Source: an uncultured Planctomycetota bacterium | GTDB taxonomy: Bacteria > Planctomycetota > Planctomycetia > Isosphaerales > Isosphaeraceae | DNA: 64,000 nucleotides | Direction: 5' to 3' | NCBI GenBank assembly: GCA_963823665.1 | Contig: CAWGMQ010000010.1 | Span: 544,001-608,000 of the forward strand | Shown: positions 21,071-32,152 of the stretch, piece after piece | Layout of the letters: each line of letters opens with the position of its first letter | Position numbering within the stretch: position 1 is the stretch's first letter | Notes under the pieces: generated by a model | The model's database searches: none | Seen by the model: only the letters and a program-made list of their open reading frames with translations | What the model was told of the DNA's origin: nothing | Translations under genes and position numbers: made by a program

Positions 21071-22387
21071 ATCGTGCGGATAATTCTCCAGCGACCGCGC
21101 CAGCCGCTGAAAATCCGACCCCGGCTGAATCAGCCGGATGTAAGTCAAGAGCGTCGCCGGCTCGATCAGCGTATCAAACGGGACATAATTCAAATTGAGC
21201 TGGCCCGAGACCGACACCAGCACGCCGTCACAGTGGTTCTCGACCAGCGCGCGATACGCTCCCACCCCGAGCTGGCTCCCCAGGATCACATCAAACGCAT
21301 GGGGCAGTGCGCATCGCGCCTCATAACCGAGCTGCAATCCGGTGACCCGCCGTTTCTTGCCCTGGCGCCGGGCGTACTCAGCTTCAACCAGCTTGGTCAT
21401 GTTTCGGGCAAGCTCGGTCTGCGACAGCGAGATATTCCCGTGGTCGTCAAACGTCACCCCTTCGAGATACTTGGCCGGCATGAACTGGGCGAGCCCCTCC
21501 GCCAGCACGATCACGCCGAATTCCTTGCCGTCCTTCTCGCGGGCGATCATCACGTCGACGATCATGCCGACAATCGCGTCCAGGTTCATGATCCGCCGCG
21601 TGCTCGACGCCTGGGTCTTGGGATCAGTGACCGTTTCCGTGGTCTCAAAGTCGCCGACTAAGTCTTCGACCGAAAGCACCAGGCTGGCCTCGCCGGCAAT
21701 CGCTGCGCCGTAAGCGAGCCAGCCAGCGCTTCGCCCCATGGTTTCGACCAGGAAGAACATGCGGCCGGCCTCCGCGTCCGCAAGCAGATTGCGGATCTCG
21801 CTCGCCAGCGTCTCGACCGCGGTGAAATACCCGAACGTGAAGTCGATCCCTCGGTAATCGTTGTCGATCGTCTTGGGCACATGCACCACCGCGATCCGTC
21901 GTTCATTCGGCGGCAGAAACTCCTGAAAACGCTTGAATTTGTTAGCCGATTTGAGGGTGTCATCACCCCCGATCGAGATGAGCGCGTCGACATCCAGCGA
22001 CGCAAGCGCGCGATGCACCTTGCGAAGCTGCGCAGTCCGTTCGGGGTCGGCCAGGTGTGCCGGCTCGGTGACGTCCTTGCCGGGATTGGCGCGCGACGTG
22101 CCGATCAGAATGCCGCGCGTGTTGCGAGTGCGTTTGAGGTTGGTCTGGTCCAGGACGACGTAGTCTTCGCCTTCCCGCATCGGACGGTCGTCGCCGAATT
22201 CGATCAGGTGAGCGTACCCATGCAAAATGCCCAGCACCCCGATTCCATGCCGCCGGAACGAGGCCGCCGCCGTGGAAATGACCGCATTCGCCGCCGGCGC
22301 CGGCCCCCCCGCAAACAGGATCGCCACCCGACCGATCGAGCCGGGAACGCGCGACGAAGTCGACGGAGCGTGTTCTGATAAGCTCAT
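21068..22387 (-). CDS. pfp: 6-phosphofructokinase, probably pyrophosphate-dependent
   Basis: GGPAPAAN, GTSR, GGDDT, PKTIDND, ETMGR and LGYEAR; GGDD plus the Lys of PKTIDND is the PPi-type signature. Confidence 0.88.
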   Translation of the reverse strand: MSLSEHAPSTSSRVPGSIGRVAILFAGGPAPAANAVISTAAASFRRHGIGVLGILHGYAHLIEFGDDRPMREGEDYVVLDQTNLKRTRNTRGILIGTSRANPGKDVTEPAHLADPERTAQLRKVHRALASLDVDALISIGGDDTLKSANKFKRFQEFLPPNERRIAVVHVPKTIDNDYRGIDFTFGYFTAVETLASEIRNLLADAEAGRMFFLVETMGRSAGWLAYGAAIAGEASLVLSVEDLVGDFETTETVTDPKTQASSTRRIMNLDAIVGMIVDVMIAREKDGKEFGVIVLAEGLAQFMPAKYLEGVTFDDHGNISLSQTELARNMTKLVEAEYARRQGKKRRVTGLQLGYEARCALPHAFDVILGSQLGVGAYRALVENHCDGVLVSVSGQLNLNYVPFDTLIEPATLLTYIRLIQPGSDFQRLARSLENYPHD

Positions 22388-22584
22388 GACTGTCTCCAAA
22401 CCGTTCGGACTTTTATTGACTGAACCAATTCATTCAGACATTAACCGCGATTGGAGATCGGGACAATGTTTCTTCAGCGCCAGTGTCCCCAGAGTCGCCT
22501 TTCGCTCCGCGAAAGTGCGTTCTTCCCTTGGCGGATTGCGCGGCGCCAATGCCGGCAATTTGCTCGATCGCGCATTTCCCGCGC

Positions 22585-25315
22585 TCAAAACGAATCAGCC
22601 GAGATCACCTCGCCCGCCGCCCGCGTGATGAGCCCCCGTAGCACCACGACCGAGACGTTGCTTCGAATGAATCGCACCGAGCCGTCGCACAACAGCGCGT
22701 GAAAGCCCCCCTCCGCATGCCCGCCCAGCGTTGGGGGCATCGCTTTGAGCTTCTCGAGATTGGGAGTCGGACCGTCATCAAACGGAAGATCGGTCCCGGG
22801 CTTGGTCCACGGCACGCTTTCCCTCGCTTCCACCAGAAGGATCGTACTCGACGTCCCGTCCATGATGTCGGCCATGGCGACACCCTCGCCTGCTTCCGCG
22901 TCAAACATCGCACCCGCTCCCGAAAACCCGCGGTAGAAAGTCTGACCGGCCTCGGTCTCATCCGCGTCGGGGTCGCCGAAGACCTGCGGCATCCGCGCAA
23001 CCAAGCCCTTGTTGTGCGGGCTGTCCCACGGCTCGTCCTGGTGAAACTCCTTGAAAAGCTCACCCTGGCCCAGGAACGGCAGAATCGCGACCCTCCAGCT
23101 CAGGAGCGCCTTGCCGTCCTTGCCCCGAATATCGGTAGGGAAGTGCCCATTAACGTCGTGAAAATTGTGAAACGCGAGGCCCATTTCCTTCAATTTGTTG
23201 ATCGCGCGAGCCCGGTCGCTGGCCACCATGGCGCTCCGGATTGCGGGCACAAGCGCCGCCAGGCCCGCGGGCACCGCCGTCGACGGGTTGAAGGTCGGAA
23301 TCGCCTCGCGCGAAATAAACCGGATGCCCGTGTCGTCGACAGCGAGCGCGTGCACCGAAGGAAACAGGAACGGCCGCAGATCATCGGGGTCCGGAACCAG
23401 CTCCGCATCCCACGGTGGCAACGATTGACGAGCACGAGCAACCCCCCCAACAGGCCCCACCGTCGGAGGAAGCGGAGGAATCGGGGCCTGTATCGTGAAA
23501 CCTGACCCCGTTATGAAAGGTGGAAACGACATGAATATGTTATTACCAATCATCGATTCCGCAAATCCCGGTAACCCGGCGACCAGCTCCGGATACACCG
23601 AATTCGCCGTGTCAAGGACGCTGAGCATCGTCAGGTCCCTGGGCAGCCAGTCGAGCTTGACGGCGGCCAGTGGATCACCGTGCGGCGGGCCGCCGCGCCC
23701 TTCCGTTTCCGCCAGCACAATCGCCCGCCGCGCGACGGCCGGACTCGAGGCCAGCGCCAGCGTGCGCTTGCCCAGGAGCAATGTGGGACGCAATCCGCTC
23801 GAGATTGGAATATCGCCCCCGGCGAACGACATCACGTAACCTGTCTCGCCGCTCTTCAGTCGCTGGATCGCGCCCATGGAGAGCCCGTCCATCAAATCCG
23901 GCATCGCGCAGGCCGTCGTTGGCGCGATCGACCAGCTTCTCGAGCGGCTTCACCAGCGCGTCACGATTCTTGACCTCGGCCACCAGTACCATCTTGGGCG
24001 CCCGGAACAGTCCCAGCGCGACACTCTCCAGAACGTGGGAGGGCCCGTTCACCTTCGTCGCGACGTTGTAGAACGTGAATCTCGTGCCCAGGTGCGCCAG
24101 GACTTCGTCCTCGAGCGAAACGCCCAGAAGCCGCCGCAGCGCCGTCGCAACATCATCGGCTGCGGGCGGCTCCGGGTGGCCCGAAGACGTGACGGCCGCG
24201 GCCAGCAGCATCCGCAGCCGAACCGCGAGCGCGGATAGGTCGAGCGAGACGACGGTGAAATCCGCCAGCCCGCCCGGTAAGGGCGGCAGGTTTCGCAAAT
24301 CAAGCCTCGGCTGATCGAAGAGCGTCAGCATGCCCCGTCGCGGTGCAGGCGCTTGGGCGCCCACGATCGAGAAAATCGCATCGCCGTGAAAACCCCAGCG
24401 ATACTCAAATCGCTTGATGCCGTCGAGCCCCAGACTCACGGCTTCCTTGGGCAACGGCGGCAGCGCCGCCATGTCGAAGAACGCCACACCCACCGCCTCG
24501 AACCCCGGTGCATCTTTGCTCTCAACAAGTGCCTGACGCGCGGGATGCGCCACGGCACTCGGGACCCGCCCCTCAATCGCGTCGATCATGGCAGGAGAGC
24601 CCTCGGGCGAGACCAGGCACAAGACCAGATCGTCTCCCTCGAACCACCACTCGACATTTCGCCCTCCTCTCGCGCCGACCTGATGAACCGTCCGCCCACC
24701 CGGCTTTTGCAGGCCCTGCACCTTGGAACGTGGGCCGGCATCCGCTCGCAGCATGCGTTCCACCAGCGCACGAATCTCGCCCTTCGCCCCATCCCTGATC
24801 ACCATCCCGAAGCACCTCGGCGGGCCCGTGCCCCCGGCCCGGTTGATCCCCACCGCAAACCCCCGCAGGAAAAGGTGCCACACCAGCTCGGTCAGCTCGC
24901 GTCCATCGAAGTTGCTCGAAACGTCAGCGTGCTCGCGCAACAAGGCCGCGAAGATTCTCGGCAGTGCCGCGCGATACATCTCGCCCGTGGTCGTTTCGTT
25001 CAACAGCCGGTATGCCGCCGTTTTTTGCCAGCCCTCACGGTGGCCCTCCAGACCGTCGAATTCGACGTAAGCCACCAGGTCCTGACTCGGAAAATAACGC
25101 GCAAGCGGAGGGAGCTTCACCACGCCGGCGGCGTTCTGGGCGTTGGCCCCACGCGGATATCCCACCCCCAAGCTGATCGCCAGGGCAAGGAGCGCGATGA
25201 AGCGCCAACGGGACTCACCCCCAGGGCATCGCGGCGGCGACCAGCCCACGCCGTCGCCCATGACGAATCGGACTTCCGCGTCCCGAAGCGTATACTGCGA
25301 AACAACGTTGCTCAT
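22585..25315 (-). CDS. Large exported protein with a C-terminal DUF1559/H-X9-DG domain; frameshift at ~23905
   Basis: ORF 23675-25429 (signal-like segment) joins ORF 22585-23904 (NKLKEMGLAFHNF, LSWRVAILPFL, EPWDSPHN, HAEGGFHALLCDG). Confidence 0.8.
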
Positions 25316-25359
25316 GCGCGCACACCGTCCCTTGCAATTCCCAAGGCGTTGATCGAAAT

Positions 25360-25420
25360 CCCTTTCCCCCCCTTTGAAAGGGGGGCAGGGGGGGTGCATT
25401 CCGGCCGCCGTCGTCACAAA
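25360..25420. repeat. C-rich/G-rich palindromic REP-like element, copy 2
   Basis: Matches 1358-1425. Confidence 0.8.
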
Positions 25421-25428
25421 GCCACGCA

Positions 25429-27300
25429 CTACCTATTGTTCATGGCGACTTGCTCGCCTGCCGCCGGCGCAGCCAGTGACTTCAAAAACGCCTCGAGCTG
25501 CTGCCGTTCCTTGGCCGTGAGTTTGAAGAAACTTTGACTGATCCGCGTCGACTCACCGCCGTGCATCGCGACCGCCTGGTCAAGCGTCTTGGCGCGACCA
25601 TCGTGCAAATAGGGCGCGGAGTCGCGGAATCCCCACAGCGGAGGCGTCCGCCACTCGAACCGCGAGGCCGGCCCGCTCGTAGGCCGCTTGATCGCCTGCG
25701 CGCCCATTTGCATCATGCCGCCCCCAAGCTGTATTGCGAACGGCGAGGCTGATTGCACGGTCACCGTCACCGGGAGTTGCGGCGTGGTCGGTCCGCCCGC
25801 AACGGCCGGCGTATCCGCGGTCGGAGGCGGCGGCACGCTCGGCGTCGCCTGCGCAACCGCAGTCGTCGCTGTATCGCCGACGAAAACGACGGAGGCGCTC
25901 CCCGCTGCCGTCGGAGCAACGGCGGAAACCCCCTGTTGTGGTCCCATCGGCAGAGTCCCGTCGGCGACGGTCCCAGGTTCATCCACAACCTCGTCCTCGG
26001 ATGAGCTCGGATCAAAAACACCGTACTGGCCCACGTCACCCAGCGCCGGTCCCATGTCGTGGATCAAGAGGTCGCTATACAGTCCGTCTACCTCGCCCAG
26101 CTTGGGCGTGTGGCACGTCGCGCAGCCGACTTTGGCAAACACCGCGCGCCCCGCCTCGATCTCGCTCGCTTCGCGATCGGTCTCGGGCTTCCGCTGCGAT
26201 GGCCGCGGCAGGTCGGCGACATACGCCACCAGCGAGGCACATTCCTCCCCATTCAAGTCGAGCCCCTTGGGCCGGGCCTCCGGATGCGCGGGCAATCCCC
26301 CCTGGTGATGGTCGGGTACGTCAAGTCCCAGCTCGACCGCACAAGCCGTCAGCACGAAGTCAGAGAGCGAAGCAGTCTGCGATTTCCAGCCGAACCGTCC
26401 GACTCGTTTGTCCTTGAGCCGGCTCACCCGCCCGGCGATCTCCGCAAAGCCGGGATGCTTCACCCTGGCGGCGGCTTCAATGTCGGCATCGCTGATCGTG
26501 TCGATCAAGCCAGCGCCGAAGAGCGCCGTCGGGTTGCGCTGCGACCGCGTGATCGCGAACGGCCCGATCTGGTTCTGAATCGGCATGTTCTCGAAGTTCA
26601 TGGCAAGCTGGGCGAAAGCCATGTCGCCACCGCCCATGCCCGACGGGGCCTGCGGGATGCCCGGAAGCCCCACGAACCCCTGGCGCCACTGCTGGTAACT
26701 TGCGTCGGTGCTGAAGTGGTGCAGCACGATGCTCCGCGCCGTCCGAAAACCAGGGTGGGCTTTCACCAGCTCGGTGGTGTCAACCTTGGGACGCGCCGGC
26801 TTGGCCGCCTCGGCCGCACCCGCGGGTGCCCCAGGCGCAGCAGCCGGTGCCGGTTTGTCGAGCCCGATCAGCGATCGCAGCGCCCTCTCAATGAACCCGC
26901 GTGGTCGCTCCGCCTGGTCCGCCTGCAGCTCGGGGCTCGGTCCATTTGGTGTGGCAGTAATAATATCAACATTTTTTCCGGTCGACCCGGCTCCTCCGGT
27001 CCCGCCCTGGTTGTGGCACGCGACGCACGAGCTGTCGTTGTAAACCGGCCCCAGCCCGTCGCCGCCGTGGGTGCGCGAGTCACCCGGCTGCCACTCCCGC
27101 TCGAAAAGGGCGCGTCCCTTGGCAACGGCCTTTGAATCCGGCTTCTTGCCGGGGTCGCCCCCCGCGAAAAGCGCAGGCGCAATCGTCGCGCTCGCAACCA
27201 GAATTCCGAGAATTCCAGCCAGCATCGAGCCGACAGGCGAGGTCTTCCACTTCCGGCTGCGGACCAGACCATTCCGTGGCATCGCGGTCGCGTTACCCAT
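25429..27300 (-). CDS. Di-heme oxidoreductase (DHOR/DUF1111-like) exported protein
   Basis: DGLGPVYN, CVACH, GRFGWK, CATCH, YSDLLIHDMG, WRTPPLWG and YLHDGRA. Confidence 0.88.
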   Translation of the reverse strand: MGNATAMPRNGLVRSRKWKTSPVGSMLAGILGILVASATIAPALFAGGDPGKKPDSKAVAKGRALFEREWQPGDSRTHGGDGLGPVYNDSSCVACHNQGGTGGAGSTGKNVDIITATPNGPSPELQADQAERPRGFIERALRSLIGLDKPAPAAAPGAPAGAAEAAKPARPKVDTTELVKAHPGFRTARSIVLHHFSTDASYQQWRQGFVGLPGIPQAPSGMGGGDMAFAQLAMNFENMPIQNQIGPFAITRSQRNPTALFGAGLIDTISDADIEAAARVKHPGFAEIAGRVSRLKDKRVGRFGWKSQTASLSDFVLTACAVELGLDVPDHHQGGLPAHPEARPKGLDLNGEECASLVAYVADLPRPSQRKPETDREASEIEAGRAVFAKVGCATCHTPKLGEVDGLYSDLLIHDMGPALGDVGQYGVFDPSSSEDEVVDEPGTVADGTLPMGPQQGVSAVAPTAAGSASVVFVGDTATTAVAQATPSVPPPPTADTPAVAGGPTTPQLPVTVTVQSASPFAIQLGGGMMQMGAQAIKRPTSGPASRFEWRTPPLWGFRDSAPYLHDGRAKTLDQAVAMHGGESTRISQSFFKLTAKERQQLEAFLKSLAAPAAGEQVAMNNR

Positions 27301-27450
27301 GGTGAATCCCTTTCGTTCCGATGAGATATGCCAAAGACGGGCGAACCGATAGCCTGAATGCTACATTTGTCGTGTTCCGGTCCGCAAGATATCTTGGCCA
27401 ATGCTCCGTTGCAGCACGCACACTCCGCGCGCCGCCCGCAAAGATTTGGT

Positions 27451-27478
27451 TGTAGCAGGCACACTCCGTGTGCCGTCC
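27451..27478. repeat. GTAG-class REP: TGTAGCAGGCACACTCCGTGTGCCG
   Basis: Copies at 38001-38030 and 41401-41430; hairpin GGCACAC-N4-GTGTGCC. Confidence 0.85.
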
Positions 27479-27517
27479 ACAGAGATTTGTAGCGGGATGC
27501 CCCTCGAGACCCGTTCG

Positions 27518-28465
27518 ATGACGGAAAACCCATTCCACCGCGCGATCTATTTGACCGGCCCGACCGCCTCCGGCAAAACCGCGGTGGGCGTCGAGCTCGC
27601 GCGCAAGCTCGACGCCGAGATCATCGCTCTGGATTCGACGACTCTCTATCGCGGCATGGACATCGGCACCGCCAAGCCCACCCCGGCCGAGCGCGGCGGC
27701 ATTCCGCACCACCTGATTGACATGCTCGACCCATCGGAATCAGCCAGCGTGTCAACCTACCGCGAGTGGGCGCGCAGGGCCATCGCCGATATCGAGAGCC
27801 GGGGAAAACGCGTCCTGTTCGTGGGCGGTACGCCCATGTACTTGAAGGTGCTGCTGCGCGGCCTGTTCAGCGGCCCCGCGGCCGACCCGTCGTTGCGGCA
27901 GGCGCTCGAGCACGAAGCAGACTCGCTCGGCGAAGCCGTCCTTCACGCCCGCCTGGAATCGCTCGACCCTGCCACGGCGGCGCGCCTCGACCGCCGCGAC
28001 CGCCGCCGCGTGATCCGTGCGCTCGAAGTAATACACGTGATCGGCCAGCCCTTGTCCGCGCTCCAGCGCGAGCACGATCAACCCGCGCCGTCGTGGGTCC
28101 CCGTTTTTGCCCTCGACCTGCCTCGCCCGGCCTTGCATGAGCGAATCAACCGCCGTGTGCTGCAGTTCTTCGAGGCCGGACTTGTCGATGAGGTGCGGAC
28201 GCTGTTGCATTCTCCCCGGCCGATTTCGCCGACGGCCGCGCAGGCAATCAGCTATCGCGAAGTGATCGCGATGCTGGCCGGCGAGTCCGATCGGCCAAAC
28301 ACAATCGACCGGGTGCAAGCCCGCACGCGCCAGTTCGCGAAGCGCCAGGCCACGTGGTTTCGCGGATTGCCTGAGGTGACGTCTCTGCCGGTGACAGTCG
28401 ATGAGCAGGCAGAGTCGATCGCGAAGCAACTCGAGGCAGCCGTCCTGGACTCATCCACGCAATGA
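27518..28465 (+). CDS. miaA: tRNA (adenosine(37)-N6)-dimethylallyltransferase
   Basis: GPTASGKT, YRGMDIGTAKP, PHHLID, VGGTPMY, RRVIRALEV and TRQFAKRQATWFR. Confidence 0.97.
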   Translation: MTENPFHRAIYLTGPTASGKTAVGVELARKLDAEIIALDSTTLYRGMDIGTAKPTPAERGGIPHHLIDMLDPSESASVSTYREWARRAIADIESRGKRVLFVGGTPMYLKVLLRGLFSGPAADPSLRQALEHEADSLGEAVLHARLESLDPATAARLDRRDRRRVIRALEVIHVIGQPLSALQREHDQPAPSWVPVFALDLPRPALHERINRRVLQFFEAGLVDEVRTLLHSPRPISPTAAQAISYREVIAMLAGESDRPNTIDRVQARTRQFAKRQATWFRGLPEVTSLPVTVDEQAESIAKQLEAAVLDSSTQ

Positions 28466-28484
28466 GTTTGCCGATCGGGAACTC

Positions 28485-29765
28485 TTATCGCTCATCCGTT
28501 TCGAGCGGCGTGAGATCGAAGCCGGTTACCTTCAGACTCAAGAGAAGATCGGTCGTGCGGATCAGCTCCGAAAACACCAATCGCGGATCGACGCGAATGG
28601 ATACGCGATCGAACGGTAGGTCGGGATCACATAGCATTGACGTGAGCTCCGTTCGAAGAGCCTCGAAAGTCGCGTGCTGCACTTCGCCGATCTCGGCACA
28701 CGCGATCCGCCCTCGGTCGTCGGCGGCGATCGAAATTGGAATCGTTCGCAGGCCGGCGGGCGGGTCGTTCTTGTTTTGTCGGGTCGCTGAAGCAGCTTTG
28801 CTCTCGGCCTGTTGATCGGCGGGCGCTTCCGTGTCCGGCGACTTCAAAGCAAACCGACTGAAACCGCTCTTCCCGCTTTCGATCAAGATCTGCAGGATCT
28901 TCGCGCACGGAATCTCGCCATCAGCCCGGATGGAAATGATGGCCGGGAGGCCGCGCTTGGCATCCAATGGCATTCGGATCGCCAGTGCGCTTTGCCGGAT
29001 TTGCGCTGCCAGGCGAGTTAGTGTCGGCGCGAGGTCTATGAGACCGATCGGTTTGTTCTCAAAGGTGACCGATCCATCCCGATCGACTGTGACGGAGATG
29101 CGGTCATCGCCGGCCGGGGCTTCGATCGCGGTGCCGGCTTCCTTCGGGAGGCGATCCCGCTCGTCTGCGCGGAGTGGATCAGCACGGTTTTCTCCGGGCG
29201 CACGCTCGAAGCGGCCGATCAGGAGGGGGGCGCCGCGGCGCGAATCAACGGCTTCATAAACGATTACCTTCAGAAAGAAGCCATGGAACACGACCGGCTC
29301 GCCGTCGGATGCGTCAACCCGGAAGCCCTCGGGGAGCTCCTCGGTGACGCATGCGAATAACTCGCTTTCGCGATCGGGCGGCGTGATCCACAATTCGTAC
29401 AGTTTATCCGAAGCAACAAGCTTGGATTTGCGTGAGACAATCCCGCGCACGAATCCGCGCAGCTCCACCAGCTCGCGTCTGAAATCGTCCGGACGGTCCC
29501 AGAAATCGCGAATACCAAGATCGCGGCGAGCGTTAGCGGCGAGATCGACCGGCTTCGAGTCCCTCGCGCGCTTCAAGAGGGCGGCGTAAGCAGCGAGTTC
29601 GCTGAACGCGAGCGGTTCCTTCTCCTTCAAATGATAGAACACAACCTCGTCGCTCCCGATCCCCTGATCCGGCGCTTGCGCACGGGAAGCAGGCCGTTCC
29701 AGGGCGAGGATGAGCGACACCGTCGCGATCCATCGTAATATGCAGGGCACGCGGTGAAATCGCAT
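28485..29765 (-). CDS. Exported protein with two C-terminal ExbD/TolR-like domains
   Basis: Signal peptide; ISVTVDRDGSV...IISIRADGEIP and second repeat ISIAADDRG...VSIRVDPRL. Confidence 0.6.
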   Translation of the reverse strand: MRFHRVPCILRWIATVSLILALERPASRAQAPDQGIGSDEVVFYHLKEKEPLAFSELAAYAALLKRARDSKPVDLAANARRDLGIRDFWDRPDDFRRELVELRGFVRGIVSRKSKLVASDKLYELWITPPDRESELFACVTEELPEGFRVDASDGEPVVFHGFFLKVIVYEAVDSRRGAPLLIGRFERAPGENRADPLRADERDRLPKEAGTAIEAPAGDDRISVTVDRDGSVTFENKPIGLIDLAPTLTRLAAQIRQSALAIRMPLDAKRGLPAIISIRADGEIPCAKILQILIESGKSGFSRFALKSPDTEAPADQQAESKAASATRQNKNDPPAGLRTIPISIAADDRGRIACAEIGEVQHATFEALRTELTSMLCDPDLPFDRVSIRVDPRLVFSELIRTTDLLLSLKVTGFDLTPLETDER

Positions 29766-29837
29766 GGTCTGCTCCCGCGGTTTCTCGGTCATCGATGGAG
29801 CCACGCCAATTCCGGACAAGGCGCGAAAGCTGGATGT

Positions 29838-30869
29838 CTATTCCGTGGACTGCGGCGACAAATCATTATCACGCTGCGCCCTGAGTTTCGCCAGCTCGCG
29901 CCGCGCCAGCTCGCGGACCGAATCCCTTTGAGATCGGTCCGCAAACACCCGCTCCAGCACCGGAAGCGCGACCTCCTGTTCGCCGACAACAACGAGTGCT
30001 TTCGCCGCGCCCACTCGCACTTCGGCATCGTCGTCCTGCGTCGCACTGATCAGAACGGGAATCGCGGCACGTGCTGGGGCGCCGATCACTTCAAGGGATT
30101 CAAGCGCATACCGCCGATTGGACGTCCTGTCATCCTCGCGTGTTTCAGGAGCGCCGCGACCCTGAAGGATTTCAATCATCGCAGGGACTCCCGCGCCGCC
30201 CTCTGCCCAGGCGACCAGCTTCCTTGCCGCTCGGCACCTGACAATGTTCCTTGCATCCTTGAGTGCCCCGACCAGCGCGGGGATTGCGATCTTTTTCGAC
30301 TCGTCCGTCTTGGGAACGTCTCCCAGCGCCTCGACCGCCGTGATGCGCACACGAACTTCTTCATCTTTGGTCGCTTCCGCAAGCGACGGCAGAGCCGCCG
30401 TCGACCTCATGGCGAAGCGCCATAGCGCGAAGGCGACGCTAAACCGGACGCGGGGACTGTCATCCTTCATCGATGCGATGAGAGCAGGCACGACGAGGCC
30501 AGGGTCGATGTCGTCCGCGTTCTCGGTGATTTCGGATGCCGCCTGATCTCTCGCTTCATCGTTCGGATCGTTCGTCAATGTCGCGATCCAGTTCGCCGGA
30601 CTGTCGCCAAGCAACGCGTGCCGGATCTGCGTCCGGCTCAAGTACCAACTGGACGTTCCGTCGGACCAATCCACCGTGAGCAGCGGACCAAACGGGTGAT
30701 ACCGAGTGGGGGACGGTCCGTTCATCGTGCGCGATCCATCCGACCACTTCACGAAGCTGGACATGGACGCAACCGGATGCGGCCTCATCAGCAGGGCGAT
30801 CACCACGGCTACAGCCGCGATCGCCACGAAGACAACCCAAAGCTTGAATCGCACTGGTGGCAGTCGCAC
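29838..30869 (-). CDS. Membrane-anchored HEAT-repeat protein
   Basis: Repeats of PAL..AxKD...VR..A..AL; N-terminal TM. Confidence 0.85.
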   Translation of the reverse strand: MRLPPVRFKLWVVFVAIAAVAVVIALLMRPHPVASMSSFVKWSDGSRTMNGPSPTRYHPFGPLLTVDWSDGTSSWYLSRTQIRHALLGDSPANWIATLTNDPNDEARDQAASEITENADDIDPGLVVPALIASMKDDSPRVRFSVAFALWRFAMRSTAALPSLAEATKDEEVRVRITAVEALGDVPKTDESKKIAIPALVGALKDARNIVRCRAARKLVAWAEGGAGVPAMIEILQGRGAPETREDDRTSNRRYALESLEVIGAPARAAIPVLISATQDDDAEVRVGAAKALVVVGEQEVALPVLERVFADRSQRDSVRELARRELAKLRAQRDNDLSPQSTE

Positions 30870-31153
30870 GGCTCAGATATCCCGAGGTCCAACCGCCTTG
30901 TCTTTCGCGCAGGAAGTGGAACCCGCGCAACGACCACGCCAAACGCGATCAAACCAGCGGCAATCACGAAACTGTCGAGGCCACCGCCGCGGAAGACCAC
31001 ACCCAGGTACTCGCTCCAGGAGAGCGGCTTATCGGGATCCTGCATGGTCGCAAACGCGAATGGCAGGAGAATAAACCCCAAACCAGCGAGGATCGCGGCT
31101 GGCGCTATGACGATCCGGGTCAGAATGAAACAGATTTTGCGAATCCAGAACAC
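30809..31153 (-). CDS. Small hypothetical membrane protein
   Basis: Two hydrophobic segments; co-oriented with neighbours. Confidence 0.45.
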   Translation of the reverse strand: MFWIRKICFILTRIVIAPAAILAGLGFILLPFAFATMQDPDKPLSWSEYLGVVFRGGGLDSFVIAAGLIAFGVVVARVPLPARKTRRLDLGISEPCDCHQCDSSFGLSSWRSRL

Positions 31154-31244
31154 CAGTCTGATCCTTTGGGTATTTTCGCTTGATTCTCCTCTTCACTGAC
31201 CACGGCGCGAAGGGCGACTTCGAATTCGACGGACCGGTATACAA

Positions 31245-31997
31245 TCACGGCGAATCAGCCTGCCCCGGTGAGTCAGGCATTACGCCACGTTTCTTTGCCC
31301 ACAGCGGTCGCTCATCGTCAGGGCATCCGTCGAACATCCGGCTGACTAAATCCCGCAGATAACTCGAATCTTTCCTTTCCAAAACCCCGTCTCGAAAGTT
31401 TCGGACCAGGCTCGGATCATTTACCGGCCATGATCGGACGGCATTCCTCGCGCAGTCGGGATACCCCGGTCCGCCCGAAAGCCTGTATATGCCACTGAAC
31501 CTCTCAACGCAAAGGCACCCGCCCAGCCAGCGTTGCAACCGAAGACGGCCGATCCGCTTGTGCGCACACGGTATGCCAAGGTCCGCAGCAACGAGGTCGA
31601 TAATCGATCTCGAATACTCGTTTCGAATGCTTCGTTGAGGGGCAATCGCGAAAAACCTGCTTTCGAAGACCGTCCTTCCGTGGCCGCAGGTGTCGCAAGT
31701 CTCCTCGATCCATTCCGATTCCACCGACGTGAACCAAACGCTCACCATAGCACTCAGGAGCACGGCCCCCCAAGCCACCGGGCCAAGAACGCGCCCTCGA
31801 AGCCCAGATCCGCCGCGAAGAACTTTCACCAGAATCCCGGCCGAGACGATCGTGATACCAAGCGGCACAAAGTCGAACGCCGATGGAAACGCAAAGCCGG
31901 CGCTGATTCTCCAGCACCAGAGTGCCAGTGGTACGGAGAGCACCGTCACCGCGATCATCATCCGCTGCACCGTGAACCGCACGCGGGGAAGTCGCAT
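31245..31997 (-). CDS. Hypothetical membrane protein
   Basis: N-terminus MRLPRVRFTVQRMMIAV; three TM segments; CxxC. Confidence 0.65.
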   Translation of the reverse strand: MRLPRVRFTVQRMMIAVTVLSVPLALWCWRISAGFAFPSAFDFVPLGITIVSAGILVKVLRGGSGLRGRVLGPVAWGAVLLSAMVSVWFTSVESEWIEETCDTCGHGRTVFESRFFAIAPQRSIRNEYSRSIIDLVAADLGIPCAHKRIGRLRLQRWLGGCLCVERFSGIYRLSGGPGYPDCARNAVRSWPVNDPSLVRNFRDGVLERKDSSYLRDLVSRMFDGCPDDERPLWAKKRGVMPDSPGQADSP

Positions 31998-32152
31998 CGT
32001 CCGGAGTCCTGCGAAGCAAGCGCGTTCGCGTTCGCTACTGCCAGCGCTCAAAGGTATTGCCGGGTCCGCATGTCGGCCACGCCAGATTTGACGGCTCATT
32101 CACTGCTCGCAAAATCGCGACTGCGACAGCTCCGATGCAAGCTGACGAGCAC

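Noticed and set aside
21071..21661. Long C-terminal extension of the ABC ATPase as a novel domain
   Set aside because: It is the antisense translation of pfk
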